From contig NC_068988.1 of NCBI RefSeq assembly GCF_001194135.2, positions 31,833,462-31,897,461 on the forward strand: a stretch of 64,000 bases of DNA. The letters are read 5' to 3'. Below the pieces are notes generated by a model. It saw only the letters and a program-made list of their open reading frames with translations, had not been told where the DNA came from and made no database searches. Shown in pieces: positions 11,821 through 22,480 of this stretch (the stretch's first letter is position 1; each line of letters begins with the position of its first letter). The position numbers were made by a program, and so were the translations under genes. This stretch comes from Octopus bimaculoides (Eukaryota).

Positions 11821-12184
11821 CATGATCATTCGTCGGTCACGAATGATCATGCGTCTACCTAAGAGGTTCCCGATAAGGGTACAAGTCTGGGAGTAAAGTC
11901 GCCTCACCGGCGAACGCACAGGCTAGGGTTGCTTTATGGAAGACCAGCAGTCACCCATGCATACCGACCTCCTCTCTCCACGCCATCGATATTATCCAAG
12001 GGGAAAAAAGGTCGATACTGCTTGGCACCAGTGACGTCGTGACTCATTTCTACAGCCGAGTGGACTGGAGCAACATGAAATAAAGTGTCTTGCTCAAGAA
12101 CACAACACGCCGCCCAGTCCGGGAGTCGAACTCACAATCTCACGATCGTAAGCTCAACGCTCTAACCACTGATCTATGCACCTT
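11821..12184 (-). mobile_element. tRNA-derived SINE, family B (CORE-like central segment)
   Basis: Minus strand: A-box-like AGATCAGTGGTTAGAGCG, B-box GAGTTCGACTCCC, then GTTGTGTTCTTGAGCAAGACACTTTATTTC. Related heads occur at 27500-27554, 34365-34473 and about 49857-49960. Confidence 0.88.
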
Positions 12185-12432
12185 ATGTACATATACACAC
12201 ATACACATATGTTTATATGTGTATTATTAACCAATTAAAGAATTAAAATTGAAATTGTAAAATTAAAAATAATAAGCAAGCTATTTACCACACAAACGAA
12301 TTATAAATTCTAATAGTCTGTCATATAAAATTATAGGTAGAGTTGGAAACTGAATTTGAAATTTACGCCACTTCAACCGTTTAGGCGGAACTTTGCAATG
12401 ACGTGAAATACTAGGAGAGGAAAAATAAACAT

Positions 12433-12449
12433 CCAAAATTGCACACAGG

Positions 12450-12487
<38 letters not shown>

Positions 12488-12535
12488 CACATACACACAC
12501 ACACGCACACACGCACACACACACACATACACACG

Positions 12536-12576
<41 letters not shown>

Positions 12577-12600
12577 GCACATAAATGTATACATACGTGC
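12433..12600. repeat. (CA)n-type microsatellite
   Basis: CA/CG/TA dinucleotide array. Confidence 0.95.
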
Positions 12601-13885
12601 ATGTGTTTTGCTCCTCCCATTCTATGGTTAGTGTACATGATACATTGACCTTGCAATTTTAAGATCAGAGATACATTATTGTTAATCTACTGTTCATATC
12701 GTACAAATCTAGCATCTGAATATCAGAAAATATACATATGTTATTTTGTGCTTCTATGATATTGTTCATGTTTATTTCCTTTATCCTTGATTCTTCGAAT
12801 GAAAGCAGTGATTCTCACTAGTAATTCTAGGAACAATTCAATTATGTATAATTATAGGAATGTATGTTGTGGACTATTGCCCAAAATTTAATATATTGCA
12901 AGGGGGAGTTTCATCGTGTACTCAGAATTACAAACAGATTTACACTAGATAAATTTACGAAAACAACCCATGAAACGTGTTCGTAAATTATTGTTAACAC
13001 AAATATTTAGATTATATCTTTGTTATTTATTGAACTCTAGAAATGAATAAATGTCTTATTTAACGAATATCTATTGAATACTTAGTATACTCAGTGTATA
13101 TAAATATAATTTTGTTACTCTACCAATATTAGTTTATGATATTAGATGCATCATTATATTCAATGTAGGTTATATTTACCAGAGTAAAACAAAAATATGG
13201 TCTACAGTGTTAAAATATGTATAAAAAGAAAGCAAATGTCTTCTCCACTTGAGAAAGACACTACCGGGTTTCCTGCAGCAGCAAGGTCGGGCTTCCGGTC
13301 AAGATCAAGGCGGTGTCCGAAGATAATCCCAGGGTCTCGACTCAGTGAGAGACGTGTGCGCCAGGTTCAAGATCCGCTTTGAGACTGTTGCATCAGCATA
13401 TTGTCGTAAGACAAAAAATCTATGGAAGACCTGAAAGAAGTATTATCCTTCCAGAATTAGACCTCCGTAGGTATAATAGATATAACAAGATGCAATAAAC
13501 CAAGAACCAGGAAACCAAGAAACCTAGGAACCAACTTGAAACAAGAGAACATAAGAAACGAAAGATTTATGGTCAACAAGTACATCAAACGTATAGATCT
13601 CATCTCTAGATAGTATGCTTGCTAAACCTGACCATTACCAATTGAACACATAATCGCTGATATGGGAGTTGGTGCCTGAATGGTCTTTCATTGTGGCGTT
13701 GCCGCATGTCGTTTGGATATACACAACGACTCTTATAATCCGTTTGTTTAAAGCTGTATATTTACAATTAGACCAAACCTCTCTTGTCGTACATCCCTAA
13801 CATATATAGAGGTACATGATATAATACACGGTAATGAGTAACTAAGAACGCAGAACTCAGTTATATAAAGTAAAATATTACAGAA

Positions 13886-14007
13886 GGGTGGATGTTACTG
13901 TTGCTTTTAGCCCCAGGAGGACAATACAAACAGGACACAGTAGTGTGTCGATAAGCCAGCTGGAGGAGATGTCCTCCTGGGGCTAAGAGCAACAGCAACA
14001 TCCACCC
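13886..14007. repeat. 38-bp inverted repeat with a 46-nt spacer (MITE-like hairpin)
   Basis: Arms 13886-13923 and 13970-14007 match at 36/38 positions. Confidence 0.9.
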
Positions 14008-14479
14008 CTAGGGATCAGCCACACTTAAGTGGCAATATACTTCACTATATATATATACATATATATATANNNNNNNNNNNNNNNNNNNNNNNNNNNNNNN
14101 NNNNNNNNNNNNNNNNNNNNNNNNNNNNNNNNNNNNNNNNNNNNNNNNNNNNNNNNNNNNNNNNNNNNNNNNNNNNNNNNNNNNNNNNNNNNNNNNNNNN
14201 NNNNNNNNNNNNNNNNNNNNNNNNNNNNNNNNNNNNNNNTATATATATATATATATATATATATGAGTGTGTGTATGTGTATAAATATATGTATATATGC
14301 ATAAATATATGTATATATGTATATATAGAATTGATAGAGGTTTATAAAAGTCACAGAGGGTACTGACTAGCACCTGTTTTGCTAAAATTAAGAGTTAAAA
14401 CAGCTCAAAAGGTACAAAAGTACTGAACTTAATGACTGACAAACGAGGGTAACACCCCAGAGTACATAGTCAAATCGAC

Positions 14480-14815
14480 CACATTTCTGCGAGCACATCA
14501 CACCTAACTTCTGGCCATCTAACTCCCCAACTGCAAACTGTTGTTTATTATGTGAGGGGTTCAGCTGAGCGAAAGACTAACAAAACTCTTTGTAACACTA
14601 AACATAAACAAAAGTTGAATAGTATAGCAGCATCCCCCAATTAAACCAAGGAGACCGTCCAGAAGAGTTGCAAGAAATTCCGAAATCATCTGGAGTACTC
14701 TTTAGTATTTCAAGATATTTTTATGTAATTTTGGTAACTATATCTGTTAAAATAAAATGTGAGTGCTATTTTCATTTTTGCATAATTTAGACGATAGTTT
14801 ATTCACCGCACCCTG
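14480..14815 (+). mobile_element. 3' fragment of a second maT/DD37D-type transposon
   Basis: Frameshifted FCEHITPNFWPSNSP/YYVRGSAERKTNKTLCNTK...KETVQKSCKKFRNHLE, ending in the TIR-like TTCACCGCACCCTG followed by TA (14816-14817). Confidence 0.8.
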
Positions 14816-15275
14816 TATATATCCATATACATACCTATACATAAGTGTGCGTGTGTGTGTGTATGTATCTAGCTGTATTTCTATCTATCTATATAACATA
14901 TGTGTGTGCTGTGTGTCTGTGTATAAGTGATAAGGGGATTATGTATATGTGTTATTATGCACCTATATGTACATGGACATGCAATTCCTAAATATTGTTT
15001 AAAGGTGTCTGTGAACCTTTTGTTGCCATGTTGACCTTTCTTTTAGAAACCACTGAGAATAGAAACGTTATGATAAATTTCAAACGTTGGGTATCTTCCT
15101 GACTTTGAGCTAATAACCTTTCCTATTCTTCTTCCTCCGTGGCGTGGATATTAATGATTCTGTGGAAAACTAATGCACGAACGTATACTTATAGCTGTTT
15201 AGATGCTATACACTTTGTGTATATCACCTTTTTACAGAAGTATATATATATCTATAGTATATATATAAGTATATA

Positions 15276-15307
<32 letters not shown>

Positions 15308-15668
15308 NNNNNNNNNNNNNNNNNNNNNNNNNNNNNNNNNNNNNNNNNNNNNNNNNNNNNNNNNNNNNNNNNNNNNNNNNNNNNNNNNNNNNNNNNNNNN
15401 NNNNNNNNNNNNNNNNNNNNNNNNNNNNNNNNNNNNNNNNNNNNNNNNNNNNNNNNNNNNNNNNNNNNNNNNNNNNNNNNNNNNNNNNNNNNNNNNNNNN
15501 NNNNNNNNNNNNNNNNNNNNNNNNNNNNNNNNNNNNNNNNNNNNNNNNNNNNNNNNNNNNNNNNNNNNNNNNNNNNNNNNNNNNNNNNNNNNNNNNNNNN
15601 NNNNNNNNNNNNNNNNNNNNNNNNNNNNNNNNNNNNNNNNNNNNNNNNNNNNNNNNNNNNNNNNNNNN

Positions 15669-15722
<54 letters not shown>

Positions 15723-16148
15723 AATTATATCAACGCACAGTATGAATACACTACAGAGCGTACAAATTTGCGTTATTTTGCGCAGGATTTTGTGTGCATA
15801 TGTGTGTGTGCGTGCGTAGATTTGTGGAGCATTATAACGGATCTATTAGTAGTGGGTTATTTAATTATATCACGCACTTCTTCATCAAAAAGTTCAATCT
15901 GTCAGAGAGTGAAGAATTTGGAGGAGGTGGGGGAGAATATATGTCGAAGAACATAAAGAAGACAAAGGAGAAAGGGGAGAAAATTAAAGAAATTAAAGAA
16001 GAAACATATGAAGGACAGAAGAGATGAGAAAATAAGACAACGAAGGAAAAAAAGAAGAGCTCAATGAAGAGAAAAAATGAAGGAAGAAAGAAGACGAAGG
16101 AGCAGAAAGAAAAAAAAAAATAAGAAGAAATGAAAGGACGGTGTGGAT

Positions 16149-16162
16149 GAATAATAATAATG

Positions 16163-16240
<78 letters not shown>

Positions 16241-16360
16241 TTAACAATGATAATAATATAATCATAATAATAACAATAATATAATATTAATAACAACGAC
16301 AATAATAATATAACAGCAACAGCAATAACAACAACACCGATAATAATAATAATAAGAAGA
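16149..16360. repeat. (AAT)n microsatellite with degenerate AAC/AAT extension
   Basis: Perfect AAT run to about 16240, then decayed triplets. Confidence 0.93.
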
Positions 16361-16547
16361 AGAATTACCAGAACGAGAAGGAGACTGTTGAAGAACCCGA
16401 AAATACAAAACAAAAACGGTAGCAAAGGGGATTTTAATGCGATGTTCATTTACCCCAAGTCTTTTTCACATTCAGTGCGCAAAGTTCGCAAAGTGTTACA
16501 CAAGTAAATTCTATGGATCAAAGGAATAACTCGAGGTTATGTACATT

Positions 16548-16560
16548 GCGCCACCTGGTG
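16548..16560. promoter_or_regulatory. Candidate CTCF-binding site
   Basis: GCGCCACCTGGTG is the reverse complement of CACCAGGTGGCGC, the CTCF core. It lies in sequence I could not assign to any repeat. Confidence 0.4.
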
Positions 16561-16990
16561 AACATTTTCCTTCTACAATTAATCACGTAAATTCACTCGT
16601 CTATCGCTATTGCTTTTGCGTTCTAAAGTTTTAAATAAGTTTATTTAACTATTTGGTATTTCTGTACAATTTGCTTTGACAGGCAAAAACGTTATTTTAT
16701 TTCTCTTTTTCTCTGGAACAGTAATTTTGTTTGTTATTTTACCTAATTGTATATTTGATCAGTTATTGGCCCAAAAAGATGAACAGCAGGACTGTATGCC
16801 ACATCACAACACTTTTAGCTCCCACGACATCATCTGCACCGCTAACTATTTTCCTACGTGTAACAGTCTTTGTATATTAGGAAATTAAGAGTGTGAAATA
16901 AAAGAGAAACGGTGAGAGATAAATATATGTATGAAGAAAAGGAAAGCTGGGTGAGAGAAAGAAAGAGATATAAATATAATGTATGTGCAA

Positions 16991-16992
16991 GG

Positions 16993-17044
<52 letters not shown>

Positions 17045-17046
17045 TA
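16991..17046. repeat. (GA)n microsatellite
   Basis: GA array. Confidence 0.93.
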
Positions 17047-17078
17047 GATTACGGGAGGGGGAGAAATTGGGAGTCTAG

Positions 17079-17294
17079 TATCCTTTTCTACTCGAGGCAC
17101 AATGCTCGAAATTTGGAGGGGGGGGGACGTCGATCAGATCGACCCAAGTACGCAACTGGTACTTAATTTATCGACCCCGAAATGATGAAAGGCAAAGTCG
17201 ACGTCGGCGGAATTTGAACTCAGAACATAAGGACAGACGGAATACCGCTAAGCATTTCGCCCGGCGTGCTAACGATTCTGCCAGCTCGCCGCCC
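17079..17294 (-). mobile_element. tRNA-derived SINE, family C, apparently full length
   Basis: Minus strand: GGCGAGCTGGCAGAATCGTTAGC head, GAGTTCAAATTCC B-box, central GACTTTGCCTTTCATCATTTCGGGGTCGATAAATTAAGTACCAG (resembles Meta-type SINE domains, from memory), and tail GTAGAAAAGGATA. Confidence 0.88.
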
Positions 17295-17654
17295 CTAATT
17301 GAAAAATATCGAGAAGAAAGGAAAAAGATGGATGCAGAGATAAGATACTGGAATATCAATTTATGATTCATGAATTCATATCTTCTGTAAAAGTTTCATA
17401 AGTGAGTTTGAATTCATCTTCTTACACAGCAAGTAACTGATTGCGTCAACAAATTGAATTCTTCTAAAACTAACTGAGTCAGCAACATACTGAAAAATGC
17501 GTAGACTAGGTACAGCTTATGCTAAAGGAATAAACTCAGAGTTCTAATATGCTGATATTTTGCTGGAAACGTACAATAGTTGTCATTTCATTCAATACTA
17601 GGTTTGATCTAGTTAACCTACTCTGCCGCCTTCATTTTACAAGCAATGTAACTA

Positions 17655-17825
17655 GTATTGTTTTGCCTGTCTTTACGTTCTGAGTTCAAATTCCGGCGAG
17701 GTTCACTTTGCCTTTCATCATTTCAGGGTCAATAAATTAAGTACCATTTGCGAACTGGGGTCAATCTAATCGACTGGCCTCCTCTCCCAAAATGTCGGGC
17801 TTTGTGCCTAGAGTAGAAAAGAATA
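17655..17825 (+). mobile_element. Family C SINE, 5'-truncated, inverted relative to the copy at 17079-17294
   Basis: GTTCTGAGTTCAAATTCCGGCGAGGTTCACTTTGCCTTTCATCATTTCAGGGTCAATAAATTAAGTACC...GTGCCTAGAGTAGAAAAGAATA. Confidence 0.88.
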
Positions 17826-18420
17826 TAACTAGCAGTTATACGTAATGAGTAAGATAGATACATGCACGCACACACACACACACACACTCACTCACACACA
17901 CACGTGTATATAAGTGTGCATAAATTAATAGAGAGATCGTTGTGGATATACAGTTCACTTAATTCATGTCGCTGACTTCATATAATATTTATATTTTGGA
18001 GGAAACTATAGGTTTCCACAATCCTCTTTTCCTTCTCAGAGACCACTGTAATGGGGAAATACATGGTAGTCAAAGTGCATATCTATAAACAAAAAAATAA
18101 TTCTACTATTGAATTACAAATATGTTCGAAATTGAAGTTCAGATAATCATAAATTATGATAAATGTCCCTTGAGACCATTACAGAACGTTTGAAACTTCC
18201 CGGTGTGTAAAATTTGGTATTTATTTTATAGTTTATGTGAAATAGTTCTTTTATTGTAAAACGCTTTAATGCGTATGATATAAGATTCATACAGCTGGTG
18301 ATGTAGAAAATAACATTTGCAATATTTTGAAATATCTCTTAGTTGGAGAAAGAAGTATTAGCTTCTCTAAAAGTCAAGGGGGGAATATTAAGTAACTAAA
18401 TTTAGTAACTAAATAAAAAC

Positions 18421-18710
18421 TTACCGTTTGTTCCTTCGCGAGCTATGCCTGGCTCATAAGGGCCGGTTTCCCAGTTTCATTGGTGCATAGATTTCCCAAC
18501 TGGGCGGACGCCGTTCCTTCGCAGATGAGCTGCTAGGTGCAAGATTGAGGGTAAGTTGTGGCGAAAGAGTCAGCAGAAGTTAGCTATTAACTTCTGCCGG
18601 AGCCGCGTGGAGCTTAGGTGTTTCGCTCATAAACATACACATCACCCGGTCTGAAATTAGAACCGCGATCTCACGACCGCTGCTCTAACTGCTAGTCCAT
18701 GTGCCTCCAC
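18421..18710 (-). mobile_element. tRNA-derived SINE, family D
   Basis: Minus-strand head GTGGAGGCACATGGACTAGCAGTTAGAGCAGCG, degenerate B-box GGTTCTAATTTC, then GTTTATGAGCGAAACACCTAAGCTCCACG. The block is GC-rich in an AT-rich context. Confidence 0.7.
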
Positions 18711-19832
18711 AAATTAAGAAATAGTTACACAGAAAATTTAATTTTCATACTATATAATTTAGCCATTTTCATCCTTTTTTCTGTTTATCTTGTATGAAGT
18801 CTCGAGTGCCACCACTATGCAGATCATAGTTCCAAACTCAAAGTGGTTAAACATCTTCCCATTGCAGCTGAATCATTTAACGTTTTGCATATGTTTCCTT
18901 TTCTCTTCTCCTTTCTAAGTTGTGTCTTTATCGGCATTTTTCGCTTTCATTTCCTACGATGTTCTCGTCTTTCATTCTTGATGTCATGTCATTGTCTAAA
19001 AGGTGAATAGCGCTAGCTATCTCGCCATTAACCACGCACAAGTATTATATTAAATGTAACATAGTTTTGTGATGGAATGGCGGTATTGCGATAATGTGTT
19101 GCCAATATTACGATAATAATCCTTAACGTAAACTAATATCCATGAATATTTTTTTTTTTACCTTAATGTATATTTTCGGTATTACCAACATTTAAATGGC
19201 TATTCAGATTCAGAAATGTTTTCTCAACTGCAATGTTCCCACCGATTCGAAATTCATAATATCATAATGTACTATAATATACGATTTCTATCAAGAGCAC
19301 AAACGTTGTGGAAAGAAGAAAAGGTTATTAAATAGGATATGTGTTCCAATAGCAAGAATGCTATCTTGGTTCTATCAGGAAACTTCACAGAAAAGTTGGA
19401 CTATATTATGTTTGCCAAAGGAAAACAATCACTCAAGAATTTCTCTCCACGACGAACTATCCCGTCTTGAACACAAACCATTGAATATTTCATGATCACC
19501 ACTCTCAGTTGTATTGGGAAGTAATTCCTTTGCAAAATTTATTTTCAGATGTTAGCTGAAATGTTTGTTCCTGGTTTGTTCGAAGAGTACAGACCTTGCC
19601 ATATTTGTCTTAATGTCTTCCATTATTTGTCTTAACCCTCAATCTACCAGAGAACATGCATTTCACTAATTAATAACAGGGTCCAATGGACCCAATATTT
19701 AATTAAATTTTATTCAAGTTACATTATATATGACATCAGGTGAATGAAGAATTACTGTTTCTCACAAATTTTAATAAAAAAATACAGCTTATAGGATATA
19801 TTATAAATTTTAAAATTTATATAAGTACAGAA

Positions 19833-21537
19833 TTACAGCTCTTCATGACAGTGAATGCTGACAACATCGGAATGTTCTTGGCAAACATGGATTTACAATT
19901 CTTACATGATGTCCTTTTCGGGGCCACGCAAAGAACATCCTTTTTTTTCTTCTTTGGCTGAGGAATCTCAAATGAGGTTGAAGATCGTCTTCTTTTCTTG
20001 TTTGGTTAGAGAAATGTTAGCAGGACTAGAAGATTGTTTATCATATTCTTGTTGAGTATTAACTCCAGCAAGTTCCTTTCCTAACCGAATTAAGCACCAT
20101 CTTCTTTTATTCTTGAAACTTTGGAAGTGAAGCTGTTTAGCAACAATGAAAGCATTCACTGCTCTTATATCAATCGTGTTGTAGAATATAACCATAGGCC
20201 ATTTTCGAGACATTGTTTTGCAAGTGTATGTCCATACCAGCTTATCTAGGGTATTTACTCCTACTTTTGTTTTGTTGTAAAATGTAATAACTTCAAGTTT
20301 CTTTTTAGCACTCTTTGAATCAATTAAAGGCTGAGATGTATTGTACTCATAAGTGTGACTACGTAATTTTTCTTGGGACAATAAGATTGGATCATAGAAT
20401 CCTTTTGAAGTCGAAATATTGTGCTGTTGATATCTCTTTCTTTTCCATTTGTGAAAGTACATGGAAGTTCAACTCTGTCCTTTCTAATTGTTCCAACTAA
20501 AGTAGTCTCCTTGCTAAGCAGCTTTCGAGCTTGAAAAAATATCATCACAAGTTATATTGCGACCAGTATTTTCTATTTCTTTTACTAGGTCTTCAACAAC
20601 ATTTGAACCTTGATTTGTCTCTCTCCCTTTTACTGGATCTTTTCCAGTGTAAATTTACATTTTCCAGGCATAATATATTCCACTGTCGCATTTTGCCCAA
20701 ATTTTAATTCCATATTTCCCTGATTTTGAAGGCATATATACTCGGAAAGGGCAGCGTCCTCTGAATGAAACTAATTCTTCATCAACTGTCAGGCATGGAC
20801 ATGGAACATATCCATCTTGCAAATTCTGATTCCACATTTCAAATACTCCTTTTATGGGCTCCATTTTATCATCACTTCTCTTTTTTCTTCTTGCACTAGC
20901 ATCATCAAAACGCATTACTTGTAAAATTTGTTGATATCTTCCCCGGCTCATACATTTGTTGACTATTGGGTGTGGGGTCATCTTCTTGACTCCATCATTC
21001 TGTGACATTTTCATGTTTAGATTTATAAACACCTATAAAAATAATTAGACCCATAAATTTCTTTAGTTCAAACTGATCAATTTCCTTCCATTTGTATTTG
21101 TAAACAACCTGACCTTCAACATTTGTCCATTTACGAATTACTTCAAGAAGATTCTGGCGCATAAACATAGTAAAACATTTTTCAGTGTTATAGCAGGACC
21201 TTTTAGCAAAGCGGGATGGTCCACATTCTTGGCGCACACTATTGCAAGATAGGGTTCTTACTGCTGCTTGAGTAAGAAGATTAGAATGCCAAACTTTTTA
21301 TCGATCTTTAGGAACATATTGCTCATTCATAATTGGGTGGCTTGCAGAGAATTGATTTTGCGTATCTTCATTATCTGATGACACAGAACTGTCCAGCACA
21401 CAATCACTTTCGCCATCATCCCGAGAACAATAGACGGAATCACTACTATCTTCTTCCCATTCTTCATATAATTCCAATAACTTTTTCTATATTTGGTTTT
21501 CACTCAAGTTTTCACGTCTAGGCGTATTGGAAAGCAT
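19833..21537 (-). pseudogene. piggyBac (PGBD4-like) transposase pseudogene
   Basis: ATG at 21537 (MLSNTPRRENLSENQI*), acidic N-terminus, ELKKFMGLIIFIGVYK, MSRGRYQQILQVMRFDD, CLTVDEELVSFRGRCPFRVYMPSKSGKYGIKIW (1st Asp intact), NITCDDIF (2nd Asp intact), GVNTLDK (3rd Asp to Asn), RKWPMVIFY, and a Cys-rich tail (CKNC/VCQEH...C) stopping at 19835-19833. There are in-frame stops at 21489 and 21300 and several frameshifts. Confidence 0.93.
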
Positions 21538-21592
21538 AACAGAACTATATGAAACTTGATAGCAAACTAAAGGCATATATTGCTCTCTCACA

Positions 21593-21696
21593 TATTTATA
21601 CTCTCCTGAATGATGATGCAATATATTGTAAGGATTGCATCATCGCATAGAAATATTGCATCACGTTATAACCTAGCAGATTTAAGATGATGCAAT
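21593..21696 (-). promoter_or_regulatory. Putative transposase promoter: 4x C/EBP-ATF (TGATGCAAT) elements plus TATA box
   Basis: TGATGCAAT at 21614-21622 and 21688-21696; ATTGCATCA at 21634-21642 and 21655-21663; minus-strand TATAAATA at 21600-21593; ATG at 21537. Confidence 0.55.
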
Positions 21697-22327
21697 ACCA
21701 CACAAATTTACAGGGATATTTTTATAATTTTTCCTATTTTATCTAAAATTCAGCAACTAAATTGAATACGATTTTATCTATTTTATATCTGATAAATATC
21801 TAGGAAAATATTTTATACTACATTTATTCTGTTTAGAATAAGGGTATTGTCTGAATTCAATTCGGGGGTCCGATGGACCCGTACGTAATTAATGTATAAA
21901 GTGAAATTTTCTAGCTTTTATAAATATACGGAAAATTTCCCATTTGACAAAGAAAAGAGAGTCAAGTAAAAATAAGAGTCACGAGAAATCAGCAGAATCA
22001 AAGAATATAAACAGCAGGAAAGAGCAACTGAAAAGCACTGAAATGACTTTACTGGACCCATTGGTAAACGGAAGGTTAATGTCTTCACCTCGTTCACTAT
22101 GACTACTAGAGATAGGTTCCTTAGGTACCAAAGAAGTGATCATTTTAATATCTACCTCCAGGTTACCAGCATCTCGGGATGAAGGGAAACTGTCTAATTT
22201 GAAAATAAAATGTGAATGAAATAAAATAGAAAAACTTCCGACTTCATGGCAGTCATCATATCTAAAACGGAATATGAGATAATATGCATTTATAAGCAGA
22301 AACATCTAAAATCAAAAACAAACTGCT

Positions 22328-22480
22328 GGTGTGTTTACGTCCCCGTAACTTAGCGACAAAAAAGCCCTATAGAATACGTCCCGGACCTTTAAAACAATTA
22401 TTGGGGTCGATTCATTCAACTAAAATCTTTCGATGACGTGCCCCAGCATGGCTTCAGTGTAATAATGGAAACAAGTAAGA
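22328..22480 (+). mobile_element. Family A SINE 3' half, degenerate
   Basis: GGTGTGTTTACGTCCCCGTAACTTAGCG...GGGGTCGATT...CCCCAGCATGGC...GGAAACAAGTAAGA matches the tail of the copy at 4847-5200. Confidence 0.75.

Larger units (their letters stand above)
19636..21910 (-). mobile_element. Near-full-length piggyBac transposon fossil
   Basis: TTAA (19632-19635) followed by CCCTC marks one end. Matching subterminal palindromes GGGTCC-N3-GGACCC lie at 19679-19693 and 21866-21880. The other outer terminus is eroded. Transposase remnants fill the interior. Confidence 0.9.

Noticed and set aside
11829-11842. 14-mer TTCGTCGGTCACGA shared with the RTE 3'UTR (42705-42718), suggesting a SINE-LINE partner tail
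   Set aside because: The orientation is opposite relative to the sense of the two elements, and part of the match comes from the local fold-back; it may be chance.
12076-12184. tRNA-like sequences with A and B boxes (also about 1035-1096, 17200-17294, 47660-47720)
   Set aside because: They continue into SINE bodies and lack a proper acceptor stem, so they are not tRNA genes.
15865-16449. 194-aa Ile-rich ORF
   Set aside because: It is the reverse translation of (AAT)n and purine-rich low-complexity DNA.
21979-22305. 108-aa ORF with possible splice signals beside the piggyBac
   Set aside because: No recognisable domain, and splice-like signals occur on both strands with no consistent model.
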